Sequence record: MF327005 | Reading direction: 5' to 3' (one strand) | Length of the DNA: 64,000 nt | Origin: Shigella phage Sf19 | Part shown: positions 22,407 through 32,336 of the stretch, one piece after another | How the letters are laid out: each line of letters begins with the position of its first letter | Position numbering within the stretch: the first letter of the stretch is position 1 | Made by a program: the position numbers and the translations under genes | Notes under the pieces: model-generated | What the model was told of the DNA's origin: nothing | Database searches by the model: none | What the model saw: only the letters and a program-made list of their open reading frames with translations

Positions 22407-23507
22407 CTATTCATAATCTCGTATAACAAGCCCAACAGGGAACTGTAAAGAACCCTTACGAGTCATCTTCTGGAACTGAACCGTTAAAGGCTTCCCGATA
22501 AACTCTTCAGGATGTTCAGCAAGATACTTTTTCTTCTCGTGTGTAGTTTTCCATGAAACATCTACAAAGACGTTAGGAAGAGTCTCTACAACGAACTTAC
22601 CATGACCACGTTTATCAGTCTTTACACCAGTTACTATGAACTCCTGCGTGTGCATCTTCTTGTGTTTAATCAAGAAGTACGAACGGTGACCACACTCATA
22701 GAACGAATCTGGTGAGATTGACCGATACATTGCCCCTTCAAACTTGAGTTTAACCCAATTGTCATGAGCATTATCAAATTCTTCCCAAGAGTTAACACGG
22801 ATTGTCTGAACAGGTACAACCCTGCAAGCATCACCGAGTTCAACGATTGGTGAATTATCAATAACTTCACGACGCTCAGGCCAAGATTTAGTCTTGTCAC
22901 AGATATCATACCAGTAGAATTTAAGAAGGTGACGGTCTGGATTGTCAGCATTCTTAATCATAGACACAATATCTTCCAAGTCCCAACCATGAGCATAAAT
23001 CTCACCGTCGAAATCTTCAACATCTTTATGAAGCTTCAGCATAAGAAGAACATCAGGAATCAACTCTACAGGAATGTTGTATACCGTGTTCTCACGAGAA
23101 TATGCCGTAAAACTTTCTGAGTCAGCATCTCTTGAAATCCTGCAACGAACCCCGTCAAGTTTAGGTTGAGCATCGGCAGGGAATACCAGATACTTCTTGT
23201 GACTTATCTTGGAAGCATCCTGAGCAAGCTGTACACCAACCTTTTCAACATTCTCTGCTTCAGATTTTGTGTAAGCATACCCTTTACGGTCAACCTGCTT
23301 CTTGTACTTAGCAGCAACTTCAAAGAGAGCTTGCTGTTCAGCATTACGCTCATTCTTTTTACCGATGTTCTTAGGTTCTGCTGTGTACTCTTCGAACATC
23401 ATCTTGCCATTTTCTTTACCATAAGTCGTGACTACTTTATCACCTACAGCAACACATGACCAGACGTTGAAAGAACCATCTTTATTTTGTTTGTACAGAA
23501 TTGTCAT
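22407..23507 (-). CDS. ATP-dependent DNA ligase
   Basis: Nucleotidyltransferase motif I KLDGVR, motif III FDGEIY, motif IV EGAMYRS, motif V LIKHK. Confidence 0.85.
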   Translation of the reverse strand: MTILYKQNKDGSFNVWSCVAVGDKVVTTYGKENGKMMFEEYTAEPKNIGKKNERNAEQQALFEVAAKYKKQVDRKGYAYTKSEAENVEKVGVQLAQDASKISHKKYLVFPADAQPKLDGVRCRISRDADSESFTAYSRENTVYNIPVELIPDVLLMLKLHKDVEDFDGEIYAHGWDLEDIVSMIKNADNPDRHLLKFYWYDICDKTKSWPERREVIDNSPIVELGDACRVVPVQTIRVNSWEEFDNAHDNWVKLKFEGAMYRSISPDSFYECGHRSYFLIKHKKMHTQEFIVTGVKTDKRGHGKFVVETLPNVFVDVSWKTTHEKKKYLAEHPEEFIGKPLTVQFQKMTRKGSLQFPVGLVIRDYE

Positions 23508-23710
23508 TTACGTTTCCCACCAATTTCTACATCAATAACTTGTGTGTCTCCACAAACATCAAACTTATGAATGATATTCTCTACAGTGTAAGTCCAACCA
23601 TCAATCCTTACCCATTCACCTTCTCGTGGCACTATTGGGTTACGTTGTGCTACAGTTGTAGTTGAGTGAACAACGTCATACTTATAGATAAAATTTACCA
23701 GAACCTGCAT
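23504..23710 (-). CDS. hypothetical small protein
   Basis: Start moved to ATG at 23710 (GGAG 9 nt upstream); track start 23761 would overlap upstream gene by 50 nt. Confidence 0.4.
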   Translation of the reverse strand: MQVLVNFIYKYDVVHSTTTVAQRNPIVPREGEWVRIDGWTYTVENIIHKFDVCGDTQVIDVEIGGKRK

Positions 23711-23711
23711 A

Positions 23712-23957
23712 TCAATATTCTCCATCAAAAACTGTGGTGTGTGACTGACTATTCTTCCCATACTTGTAAGAAGTTGTAGTCTGAGAATTTGGGCAGCGAA
23801 CTACAATAACATCCCTGCTAATGGCATCACCATTAAGCTTATAAATCTTGCAGTCTTGCATTTCTGGAGGAAGTCTGTAAGAGGCATCCTTATTCTCATA
23901 AGAAGGGTTGCACCCCACCAGTAAGACTACTAAAGCTGGTATCAATAATTTTAACAT
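23712..23957 (-). CDS. putative lipoprotein
   Basis: N-terminus MLKLLIPALVVLLVGC has lipobox-like LVGC. Confidence 0.45.
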   Translation of the reverse strand: MLKLLIPALVVLLVGCNPSYENKDASYRLPPEMQDCKIYKLNGDAISRDVIVVRCPNSQTTTSYKYGKNSQSHTTVFDGEY

Positions 23958-23967
23958 TTTAAACCTC

Positions 23968-24234
23968 TCAATAAAATAAGTCTGAAGCTTTTGAATTTAC
24001 AGGATTCAAAGAACCTTCGTAATGTTCTTCATAACCCTCTTGGCAGATATTATACAGTTCTTTGAATCGGGTTTCATCAACTGGTTTAACATCTTTCTTA
24101 GCGCATAAGAAAAGATACCAATCATATCCCAAACCTCTGCACCAAGCCTCTGAGACAAAAGCTATTGATTTGTCTTCATTCTTGAAGATTGCTAAAGCTT
24201 CTTCTTCTCTACTGCTCATTTTTGGTGTCTCCAA
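23968..24234 (-). CDS. hypothetical protein
   Basis: 88-aa ORF. Confidence 0.45.
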   Translation of the reverse strand: METPKMSSREEEALAIFKNEDKSIAFVSEAWCRGLGYDWYLFLCAKKDVKPVDETRFKELYNICQEGYEEHYEGSLNPVNSKASDLFY

Positions 24235-24425
24235 AATTCAATGTCAATAAGTTCCTGTGCAATACTTTTCAGATTCCCTTTCAAGAAAACCTTCTCACTA
24301 CCAGAAAGAGAAGTGTTATCAATGAGTCTGTTCATTCTCTCAAACAACTTCTGCTTACGGTTCTTAATAGTCTCCTTTGAAGCATCTTTCATCATTGCCA
24401 GATGTGTTCTTCCACGGTGGCTCAT
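24216..24425 (-). CDS. hypothetical small protein
   Basis: 69-aa basic ORF. Confidence 0.4.
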   Translation of the reverse strand: MSHRGRTHLAMMKDASKETIKNRKQKLFERMNRLIDNTSLSGSEKVFLKGNLKSIAQELIDIEFWRHQK

Positions 24426-24640
24426 AGTAAACTCTCAATATCTACGTGCTCACCTTTTAAGTAGCCTGTCTTATCTTTTGCAATTTTCCCACCAGCAATA
24501 AAGATATCTACTTTACGCAGAACTTCAGGGTTTACCTTCAAATTTCTAGAACCACTGCAAAGAGCAATAAACATACCTTCAATCTCTTTTTGAGAATAAC
24601 CTGCACACTGCAATTGTACTTCAATCTCTGAAAGTGTCAT
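24422..24640 (-). CDS. hypothetical small protein
   Basis: 72-aa ORF, ATGA coupling. Confidence 0.4.
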   Translation of the reverse strand: MTLSEIEVQLQCAGYSQKEIEGMFIALCSGSRNLKVNPEVLRKVDIFIAGGKIAKDKTGYLKGEHVDIESLL

Positions 24641-24700
24641 ATGACCTCCTATACAAGATATAGTATAAGGTACTCTTCCATGAGCACCTTGTCAACACTA

Positions 24701-27400
24701 TTAGTGAACTTCCAGCCAGCTTTTACCAACCTTACCAGCACCAGTTACAAGGGTATCTTTTTTAAGACCTAAGTTCTTAGAAGCTTGCCCGTAGTACCAG
24801 TCAGTTACTGCTTTGACTTCTGCTGTCATGCTCTCTGGACATTCCCAGCTTGTTTCATCGTGGTAAGCACAGAGTAGGCGAGCACCAATAGCTGGTTTAC
24901 GACCATTCAGTTTCATTAACCCTTCATCAATCATACGACGACAAGCAAGGTTGATTGCTTCATTCTGTACTTGTGCTTCTGAACCCATCAACAGATAGTT
25001 CAAAAGTTTATGTGGAGATTTACACCACAACCAAGCACCAGCAACCTTAACAAAACCACCTTTAGCGATAGCAGCAGTTTTACCAAACACCTCTTCCAGT
25101 GCTTTCTTAGTAGCTTTAAAGTCGGCTTCTAAGTTGTCTAACAGTTTCTTAATCTTCGGCAAACGCACAAAGTAAGTCTGTTTAGTTAATGCACCTTCCT
25201 GAGTGGTAGCTGCTTTAATGGTCTTAGCAAACTTTTCATCACCTGCACCGAACAACAGTGCATAGATACCATTCTTAGCTTTCTTACGACCCTTACTAAT
25301 TTCGTGAAGAAGATTTTCATCCTGAGTCATACGACAAGTCAAGATATCCTGCTCATCATTCAAACTAAAGTAGATACTGTTCAGTGTATGAGCATCAGTA
25401 CCTGAGTAAACTACATACAGGTCATTTTCATGGTCATAACGAAGATACTTGTCAACTTCAGGGTTCAAGTATTCATCAAAGTGTTTGCAATAGTAACGAC
25501 CATCTTCTTGACGAACAAACTCAATCTCTTCTTTACCTTCAGTTACAGCCTTTGTGAAATCCTTATCACCCATAAAGTTACAAAGAAGAACAAGCTGTGC
25601 AGAGTTCATATCTACAGAGACTACGTTTGTCCCTTCTTCACAAATCCAAACTGCCCTCATTGGTTCCCCATAAACGGCAGCACCAGAAGGTACGTTTACA
25701 ATACCATACTGCGTCATACGTCCAGTAGATGTACCAAACACCATTGCACCAGCACTCAAACGACCATCTGGACGAATCTGGTTCAACCAGCCCTTTTCAT
25801 CATCTTTTGAGTTCTCAATAGTTCTACGTCGGTGCATCAAAGTATAGTACTTCGCAATCTTCTGTCCAAGCTCACCTTCGATTGTATCATAAGAAGATTC
25901 TGTAAGCTTTGGTGAAGTCCTAATCAAGCAAGGCTCAAGCACATCTGTGTACTTCTTAACAGACCAGTTATGCTCGATGTAATAGACACCTTCATGCTCA
26001 ATATAGTTCAACCCACAACGTTCAACCATCTCATCCCACTTAGGATGTTTGCGAATCATCTTTTTGTTATCTTTGAATCTGCAAACCTTAATAGGACGAC
26101 CATCAGAATCTTTTTTATAGTTCCAATCATCAGGAATCCAGCCAACGGATTTTAAGTAATCCTTCACCACAGCTACCTGAGTCATTCGTGAAACTTCAAA
26201 CTCAATTGGTGTGAATGGTGCATCAATCAAACCAGTGTAGCGACTAGACTCTAACTCAAAGTGGTTAACAACGTGAACATTGTAGTACTTCACAGTTTTC
26301 ACAGTCTTAACTGGCTTCCAATCTTTACACTTCTTGCCAATCTTCTCATTCAGTTCATTACAAACTGCACGAGCATCTTTCATTGCTACAAAACCTTCAG
26401 GGTACTCTTCTTTTGTGACCGTGTTAGTTGGAGTGTAGCAGTTGCGTTTCTCAACATTAAAAATCTTTGTAGTTGGCTTACCATACGGCTTGATAGGGTA
26501 CTGCTTCAACTCGCCTTCACGCATCTGTTCACGATACTTTGTCTTAGGGTACTTGGTAATCCTTTTTAAACCGTCAACGTGACCAAATGTATCTACATAC
26601 TCATTCCAAGACTTGGCAAATTCTTCACCTGTGACTTTACCTTTTGTCTTAATAGTTGGTGGAAGGTGTGGTTCAACCTCAGCAGCCAACTCATTAGTTA
26701 ACTTGTCAAGCTCTTTAACGTGGAACTGCATAAGCTCTACATCAGCTTTCCAACCGTTGATAGCTTGCTGACTCATCCAGAAAGATGTTTCTTTAGCTCG
26801 CATGTAGGTTTCATAAGTGTCAACACCACACTTCTTAAGCTTGAGGTACTCATTATCAAGAGCACGTTTAGTTTTGGCGTTAATCTTAATATCTTCTACA
26901 ACACGAGTAAGAATCTCTGCATTCCAGACACCCCACTCTTCAATCTCTGGTTTACGGACACCTACACGAGCACCCCATGCAGCCAAACCATGAGCACCTT
27001 TGTAACCTTTTGGTGTAGGTCTATCCATCCACTGTACGCGAGATTGGATAAGTGAATCCTGAAAGAAGTCACCCCAAGGCTTACACTTAGGATTCTCAAA
27101 GTTCCACAGGTCAGGTGCAATGTGATTAAACACCCACCAGTCATAACCAAGACCATTATGGATACAAAGACGTTTAGCTTTCAGTGCAAACTCAACCCCT
27201 TCACGCAGACCACCTTTGATGTACTTCGTGTACTTGTGACCAAGGATAGGCTCATCAGTGAACACCCACACAGCAGGTTCGTCACTGTCATCTTTATAGT
27301 CTGCGAAAGCCATTACGTGTGCTTTTGTAAACTCAAGGAGCAACCCATCAGTTTCTGTATCACCAACCAAATGTAATTTTTCGAAATCTACATTGTCCAT
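24701..27400 (-). CDS. DNA polymerase, family A, with 3'-5' exonuclease domain
   Basis: Exo I motif DTETDG near N-terminus; palm motifs VVSVDMNSAQL (A-like), KNGIYALLFGAG (B-like), YHDETSWE (motif C HDE). Confidence 0.9.
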   Translation of the reverse strand: MDNVDFEKLHLVGDTETDGLLLEFTKAHVMAFADYKDDSDEPAVWVFTDEPILGHKYTKYIKGGLREGVEFALKAKRLCIHNGLGYDWWVFNHIAPDLWNFENPKCKPWGDFFQDSLIQSRVQWMDRPTPKGYKGAHGLAAWGARVGVRKPEIEEWGVWNAEILTRVVEDIKINAKTKRALDNEYLKLKKCGVDTYETYMRAKETSFWMSQQAINGWKADVELMQFHVKELDKLTNELAAEVEPHLPPTIKTKGKVTGEEFAKSWNEYVDTFGHVDGLKRITKYPKTKYREQMREGELKQYPIKPYGKPTTKIFNVEKRNCYTPTNTVTKEEYPEGFVAMKDARAVCNELNEKIGKKCKDWKPVKTVKTVKYYNVHVVNHFELESSRYTGLIDAPFTPIEFEVSRMTQVAVVKDYLKSVGWIPDDWNYKKDSDGRPIKVCRFKDNKKMIRKHPKWDEMVERCGLNYIEHEGVYYIEHNWSVKKYTDVLEPCLIRTSPKLTESSYDTIEGELGQKIAKYYTLMHRRRTIENSKDDEKGWLNQIRPDGRLSAGAMVFGTSTGRMTQYGIVNVPSGAAVYGEPMRAVWICEEGTNVVSVDMNSAQLVLLCNFMGDKDFTKAVTEGKEEIEFVRQEDGRYYCKHFDEYLNPEVDKYLRYDHENDLYVVYSGTDAHTLNSIYFSLNDEQDILTCRMTQDENLLHEISKGRKKAKNGIYALLFGAGDEKFAKTIKAATTQEGALTKQTYFVRLPKIKKLLDNLEADFKATKKALEEVFGKTAAIAKGGFVKVAGAWLWCKSPHKLLNYLLMGSEAQVQNEAINLACRRMIDEGLMKLNGRKPAIGARLLCAYHDETSWECPESMTAEVKAVTDWYYGQASKNLGLKKDTLVTGAGKVGKSWLEVH

Positions 27401-27659
27401 TTTTACTCCCTCTCAAATCATTCTGGGTAATACCCTACAGCAATTTTCTGCAAAAAGCAAGTTGACAAACTGCTTGACAAGGTGTTAGTCTTTTCGAAGT
27501 GGGTTTTATCTTAATAGACTCCCTTTATAGATTAACTATACAGTTTCTTTAAAAGTCTTAAAAGATTTTTAATAGCTTTTAAAAAGCTTTAAAGTTATAT
27601 GTATAACATACATAAAGATAAGAGATTAAAATCTTTATAGATACTTAACAGAGGCAATC

Positions 27660-28100
27660 ATGCAGAGGATGTACGTTCACCCAGATATCAATAACCTTGT
27701 CCAAGCTTTAGAAAGAGTTGAAGCACTTTACATCGAGGCTCAGAAGGAGTATGCTTATCAACATCGTCGAATGGTTGATGTTCAGCATGAGATAGAACTA
27801 TCAAGTGGATACGACGAAGGTTTAAAGTGCTCGGTATTTGAGCACATGAAAGAGATATCTTCAGAAAGACGTAAAGCGAAAGACACAATCTTTTTGATAG
27901 ATACCTTAAAAAATAAGTTGCAAAATGGAACGGACTTAGATAGTCTATCCCAACTGCTTCAGGATGCAGAGAATACATGGGACAGAAATTACTTCCCACG
28001 GTCTGAAAAAGGACTTGACTTCTCTTCACAAGAAAGCTTAAGATTGTCACGACTTACTATTAACAAAATGAGAGAGATTAAAGATGAAAACTGTAAATGA
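27660..28100 (+). CDS. hypothetical protein
   Basis: 146-aa ORF, first gene of plus-strand replication block. Confidence 0.45.
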   Translation: MQRMYVHPDINNLVQALERVEALYIEAQKEYAYQHRRMVDVQHEIELSSGYDEGLKCSVFEHMKEISSERRKAKDTIFLIDTLKNKLQNGTDLDSLSQLLQDAENTWDRNYFPRSEKGLDFSSQESLRLSRLTINKMREIKDENCK

Positions 28101-28878
28101 GATTCTTGAAGAAAAAGGTATTGACGAAGCATTCATGCTGAACACTGTTGAGACTCTTGCTATCATTATGCGTAGCAACTCACTGTCAGGAAAATTTATC
28201 CCTGAATCTCTGCGTGTTGTAGAAAACGCTGTAGAGAATGACGAAGATTTCCGTAAAGAGGTTGAATACCTGCTGGCTAATAAGACTGATGCTCTGAAAA
28301 CCATCCTCATTGGTGTTGATGCCTTTGCAACATACATCTTTGATGAAATGTATTCAGGTGGATACATCCAGATTACTGAGAAGGGTATTAAAGAGCTTGA
28401 TAACATGAGTGATGAAGACCTTCTGAAAGCTATTTGTACGCCAGTTGCTGCTGTAATGGCATCACTAGAGAAGCGTATGAATGATAAGTCACCACGTTAT
28501 GCAAAACTGGATTGGGGCTTTGATGAAGTATCTGACAAGGCAATTCAGTATGCTGATGAGACAATGAATAAGCTGTCAGAGATTACTAATGGTCTCTCTT
28601 TAGACCCTATTCAGGTTAAGGTAACTTCACTGTTAAATGCTATCTTTAGCATCATGGGTATCCATGCTTTACTTGAAGTGTCAAAAATGTTAGAGTCTGA
28701 CCCAAGCTTTGTAGAGAGCATTTCACAAGGTGCTCATACAGCAGCACTCGGGGATGTATTTAGCCAAACTGGTGCAGCAGTTCTTAGCACCAAGATTGCA
28801 ATCAACTTCGGTGAAGAGTTTGTTCAGCAGTTAGAAGCAATGTCTGAGCGTGAACTCACTGGTTCTAAACTACAATAA
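28084..28878 (+). CDS. hypothetical protein
   Basis: 264-aa ORF. Confidence 0.5.
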   Translation: MKTVNEILEEKGIDEAFMLNTVETLAIIMRSNSLSGKFIPESLRVVENAVENDEDFRKEVEYLLANKTDALKTILIGVDAFATYIFDEMYSGGYIQITEKGIKELDNMSDEDLLKAICTPVAAVMASLEKRMNDKSPRYAKLDWGFDEVSDKAIQYADETMNKLSEITNGLSLDPIQVKVTSLLNAIFSIMGIHALLEVSKMLESDPSFVESISQGAHTAALGDVFSQTGAAVLSTKIAINFGEEFVQQLEAMSERELTGSKLQ

Positions 28879-28894
28879 TTGTGGCATACCCTTA

Positions 28895-28918
28895 AGCCTC
28901 CTTAATTGGGGGCTTTTT
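28895..28918 (+). terminator. rho-independent terminator
   Basis: AAGCCTCC-TTAATT-GGGGGCTT stem (one G-U) followed by TTTTT. Confidence 0.55.
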
Positions 28919-28935
28919 ATTATGGAGTGAACGAT

Positions 28936-29676
28936 ATGAAAAGTGTTATTGCATTTACTGGAAAAGCTCGTTCTGGAAAGGATACATCTTGCAGCATTGT
29001 AAAAAATCTATTGAATGAGGCTGGATACACTGTTAAAGTGTTTGCGTTTGCCGATAACTTAAAAGCAACTGCTGGATTTATCTTTGACTTGAACTGGCAA
29101 GACCTGTATGGTGATACGAAAGAAACACCTAAAAAGTTTAGCTTAGATTTTGACAATCTTAACTCCCGTGTGGCATGGGCTTTCCAGCTAAACATGAAAA
29201 GTAAGGGCATCCATGAAGATGCAAAACTTTGTGGGGAAATCACAGACAGGCTTATCAAAGAGTTAAAGAAAGTTGGTAAACCTACATTGCTTACAAAGCT
29301 TGGTTTGAAAAATGAATATATGATTTCCTCAAGACAAATACAGCAAGTCTGGGGTAGTGAGGTTATCCGTAAAATTCTTGGAGAGCGTTTCTGGATTACA
29401 GACTTGGCAGAACGTATTGAAAAATTCTATGGTGATTGTGTTAAGAAAAGTCACATAGGTATTGCACTGATATGTGATTTAAGGTTTGATATTGAAGCTG
29501 AGTTCCTTCAAAGCTATGATAGCCAGATAATTGAGATTACAAGAAAAGATGCTATTCAGGTGGCTTCCCATAGCTCTGAACGTGGTATTTCCACTAACTT
29601 CTCTCGTGATATTATCCAGAATAATGGAACGATGGAAGAATTAGAGAGTAAACTTAAAACCATTATCAATCTATAA
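28936..29676 (+). CDS. deoxynucleoside monophosphate kinase-like P-loop protein
   Basis: Start set at MKSVIAFTGKARSGKDT (P-loop GxxxSGKD); GGAG upstream; track start 28906 lies in terminator. Confidence 0.6.
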   Translation: MKSVIAFTGKARSGKDTSCSIVKNLLNEAGYTVKVFAFADNLKATAGFIFDLNWQDLYGDTKETPKKFSLDFDNLNSRVAWAFQLNMKSKGIHEDAKLCGEITDRLIKELKKVGKPTLLTKLGLKNEYMISSRQIQQVWGSEVIRKILGERFWITDLAERIEKFYGDCVKKSHIGIALICDLRFDIEAEFLQSYDSQIIEITRKDAIQVASHSSERGISTNFSRDIIQNNGTMEELESKLKTIINL

Positions 29677-29679
29677 AAG

Positions 29680-29880
29680 GTGTTGAAGATGAGAGAGAAT
29701 AACTTTAAAGTAATTGACCACCGTACAGTGGAACTCTCATCTCTTTCCAAAGAAGTTATGATGGAGCGACTTGAAAGGGTCGCTTCAAGAAGGAAAGAGA
29801 TTGCAGAAGAAATCCATGAGCTTGATAAGATTGAAAACGGTCTTAAGGCAGAACTACAACGAAGAGGTGTGAATGGCTAA
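29680..29880 (+). CDS. hypothetical small protein
   Basis: 66-aa charged, predicted helical ORF. Confidence 0.4.
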   Translation: MLKMRENNFKVIDHRTVELSSLSKEVMMERLERVASRRKEIAEEIHELDKIENGLKAELQRRGVNG

Positions 29881-31864
29881 ACAGAGAAAACTGAAAGATG
29901 CTGGAACATTTGTAGGTCACTGTGCATGTCCACGCCATCAATGTTTATCTTCAGATGCAGGTTCTATATATCGTCATGATGACGGTTCATATTCAATGAC
30001 ATGTTTCAGTTGTGGAAAAGGTTTTCCAGAGTGGGATTTTGATAAAGGGCAGATTGTGAGTACTCATACTTCAGGTTCAGAGAATAAAAACCGTACATTT
30101 CGTGGTATGGATTTAGATGATGTGAAAGAAAACCTAGAAGCAATGGATTTAAAAGACAGGAAGATTCCTGCAAAAGTCCTTGAGCGTCTTGGTATTAAAG
30201 TTGATATTGATGATAACGGTGATATTGATGCACATTTCTATCCAACATACAAAAAGGATGAAGATGGGAAGTTGCAACATGTAGGTTATCGTGTTCGTCA
30301 CAAATATCCAGATGACTATCATAAAGAGCACTTACGTGGGAAGTTGAAAGATTTTTCTGGTGGTGTCGGAGATATTAAAGGTGAACTGGCTATGTTCGGT
30401 TCATGGATTGCTCCAGAAGGTGGTAACCGTCTTTTCATCTGGGAAGGTGAGATGGAATGTGCTACAGCAATCTACATGACTTCTTTAGCAATTAAAGATA
30501 AGTCTAGACGTAAGAATTACTGCCACGTTTCTGTACCATCTGGTGCTAATGTTAAGTCTATCAAAGAGAACTATCAGTATATTACTTCCTTTGATGAAAT
30601 CTACCTGTGCTTTGATAATGATGAAGCAGGGGCTAAAGCAACTAAGGAAGCTGCTGGTATCTTACCTATTGAGAAAGTAAGACTGTTCCAGTATCCTGAA
30701 GGTATTAAAGACCTTAGTGAGTGGTGGACTAAGTTCTTCAAAGACAAAGATACAGTCTTAGAAGGATTTAAACAACGAATCTACAATGCACCTCGTTACT
30801 GTCCTGCTGGTATCAAGAACTTTGCAGACGGTTTCGATGCTATGAAGAATCGTGGTCAGATTCCTTTAATTCCTTTCCCAGATTCTTTCGGGGATTTGAA
30901 TAAGCTGACTTATGGCGGGTATGGTTTAGGTGAAATTACAACCCTTGCTGCACCTTCATCTGTAGGTAAATCTGCATATACTCGTGAGATGATTTACAAA
31001 GCATGGAAAGATACCGAGTACAACATTGGTGTGATTCCTGTAGAAGATACTTACGAAGAACTCATGGAAATGCTCTGTGCAATCCATCTTAGTAAGCAGA
31101 TTTCAGAGATTCCTTACGATGAGCGTAATTGGGATGAGATTAAGGTTGCACATGCTGAGTTATCAAAAGGTCGTCGTATTCACATCGTAGACCACCAAGG
31201 GGCAATTGACCAAGATAACCTGCTGGAGTTTGTTGACTATCTGGTTAACAGTCTCGATTGTAAGATTATCATCCTTGACCCTATTACATTGGCACTGTCA
31301 CGCTCTGATACAGATGAAGAAGAAGTTCTGTCTGAGTTACTTCGTCGCTGTAAGCGTTATCAGTATGCTCAGGTAAACGTATGTCACGTTCGTAAGAGTG
31401 CAGGTGGTCAAAAGGCCAACTCTGAAGGTGGTGATATTTCTGAAGAAGATATCAAGGGTTCTGGTGCATACTTCCAGATTTCCATGAACAACATTTTGCT
31501 TATGCGTAACAAGGTTGACCCAGACCCTGTTAAAAAGAACTTGACAAAAATCAAGCTAACGAAGTGTCGTCGTCATGGTAAATCAACTGGTATTGCTGGT
31601 CACACTTGGTACAATCCAGATACAGGCCGTCTTGTAAAGGCTGCTGGATGCGGTGTTGATATTGATGGTGCAGCAGAGAATATTCGTCAGCAGTTTGGTA
31701 TTGGTGAGGCTGAAGACCATTACGATGACTCTATGCCACACTATGAAGATGTTGATTTTGACCGTGAATCTGGAGAGATTTACACACAAGAGCAACGTGA
31801 AAGCTCCACCATTCCACCTGTGATTAACGAGGATAATGATGACTGTCCGTTCGAAACTGATTGA
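29873..31864 (+). CDS. DNA primase-helicase (bifunctional, T7 gp4-like architecture)
   Basis: N-terminal Zn motif CACPRHQC...CFSCGKG; Toprim FDNDEAG; helicase Walker A APSSVGKSAYT and Walker B IIILDP. Confidence 0.85.
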   Translation: MAKQRKLKDAGTFVGHCACPRHQCLSSDAGSIYRHDDGSYSMTCFSCGKGFPEWDFDKGQIVSTHTSGSENKNRTFRGMDLDDVKENLEAMDLKDRKIPAKVLERLGIKVDIDDNGDIDAHFYPTYKKDEDGKLQHVGYRVRHKYPDDYHKEHLRGKLKDFSGGVGDIKGELAMFGSWIAPEGGNRLFIWEGEMECATAIYMTSLAIKDKSRRKNYCHVSVPSGANVKSIKENYQYITSFDEIYLCFDNDEAGAKATKEAAGILPIEKVRLFQYPEGIKDLSEWWTKFFKDKDTVLEGFKQRIYNAPRYCPAGIKNFADGFDAMKNRGQIPLIPFPDSFGDLNKLTYGGYGLGEITTLAAPSSVGKSAYTREMIYKAWKDTEYNIGVIPVEDTYEELMEMLCAIHLSKQISEIPYDERNWDEIKVAHAELSKGRRIHIVDHQGAIDQDNLLEFVDYLVNSLDCKIIILDPITLALSRSDTDEEEVLSELLRRCKRYQYAQVNVCHVRKSAGGQKANSEGGDISEEDIKGSGAYFQISMNNILLMRNKVDPDPVKKNLTKIKLTKCRRHGKSTGIAGHTWYNPDTGRLVKAAGCGVDIDGAAENIRQQFGIGEAEDHYDDSMPHYEDVDFDRESGEIYTQEQRESSTIPPVINEDNDDCPFETD

Positions 31865-32117
31865 TAGTTATCTGAAGGAGGGTTTTGAACCCTTCTATTC
31901 AGAAGAAAGCAGAGAAAAATTTGTAAAAGAGTGCTTGACTAAGATAGAGCAGTTCGGTAAAGTACTCATCAACAAGGGACATGAAGTAAAGTTTGAACAC
32001 TTATCAAAAGATAATGTTGAGCAGTTTGCATTAGCGATTGATGGTTTATCTACAGTTTACATCTTTACCTTGACTAATAAACATTTTGAATATGAAATAT
32101 ATCGGAGAGATTCATGA
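31836..32117 (+). CDS. hypothetical protein
   Basis: 93-aa ORF. Confidence 0.45.
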   Translation: MMTVRSKLIDSYLKEGFEPFYSEESREKFVKECLTKIEQFGKVLINKGHEVKFEHLSKDNVEQFALAIDGLSTVYIFTLTNKHFEYEIYRRDS

Positions 32118-32251
32118 AACATTCTAAAGCATTCGAGAAAGTATTTGGCGATTCCATGAAAGCAACTGCTGGTAAATCTGCTGAACACTATGTACAGAAG
32201 CGAGTTCGTACAGGTAAGACGGCTCGTAAAGCAGCTAAGAAATCTGCTTAA
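32114..32251 (+). CDS. small basic protein (below 60-aa track threshold)
   Basis: 45-aa ORF MKHSKAFEKVF...KAAKKSA; ATG overlaps upstream stop (ATGA). Confidence 0.35.
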   Translation: MKHSKAFEKVFGDSMKATAGKSAEHYVQKRVRTGKTARKAAKKSA

Positions 32252-32256
32252 AGTGT

Positions 32257-32285
32257 TTGACAAGGGAGTACGAAGTCTGTAAGAT
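32257..32285 (+). promoter_or_regulatory. sigma70-like promoter TTGACA-17-TAAGAT
   Basis: Consensus -35 at 32257-32262 and -10 at 32280-32285; spacer and downstream form inverted repeat GGAGTAC/GTACTCC (32265-32271, 32287-32293). Confidence 0.5.
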
Positions 32286-32336
32286 TGTACTCCTTGATAG
32301 TTGAGTTGGAAGTTAATTTGAGAAAGAGGTATTAAA

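Noticed and set aside
25430-25810. Antisense and embedded ORFs from the six-frame track (e.g. this one inside the polymerase gene, 1942-2223, 4336-4533, 5701-6045, 33470-33706)
   Set aside because: They lie inside and opposite to long, motif-supported genes, lack start context, and are typical chance ORFs.
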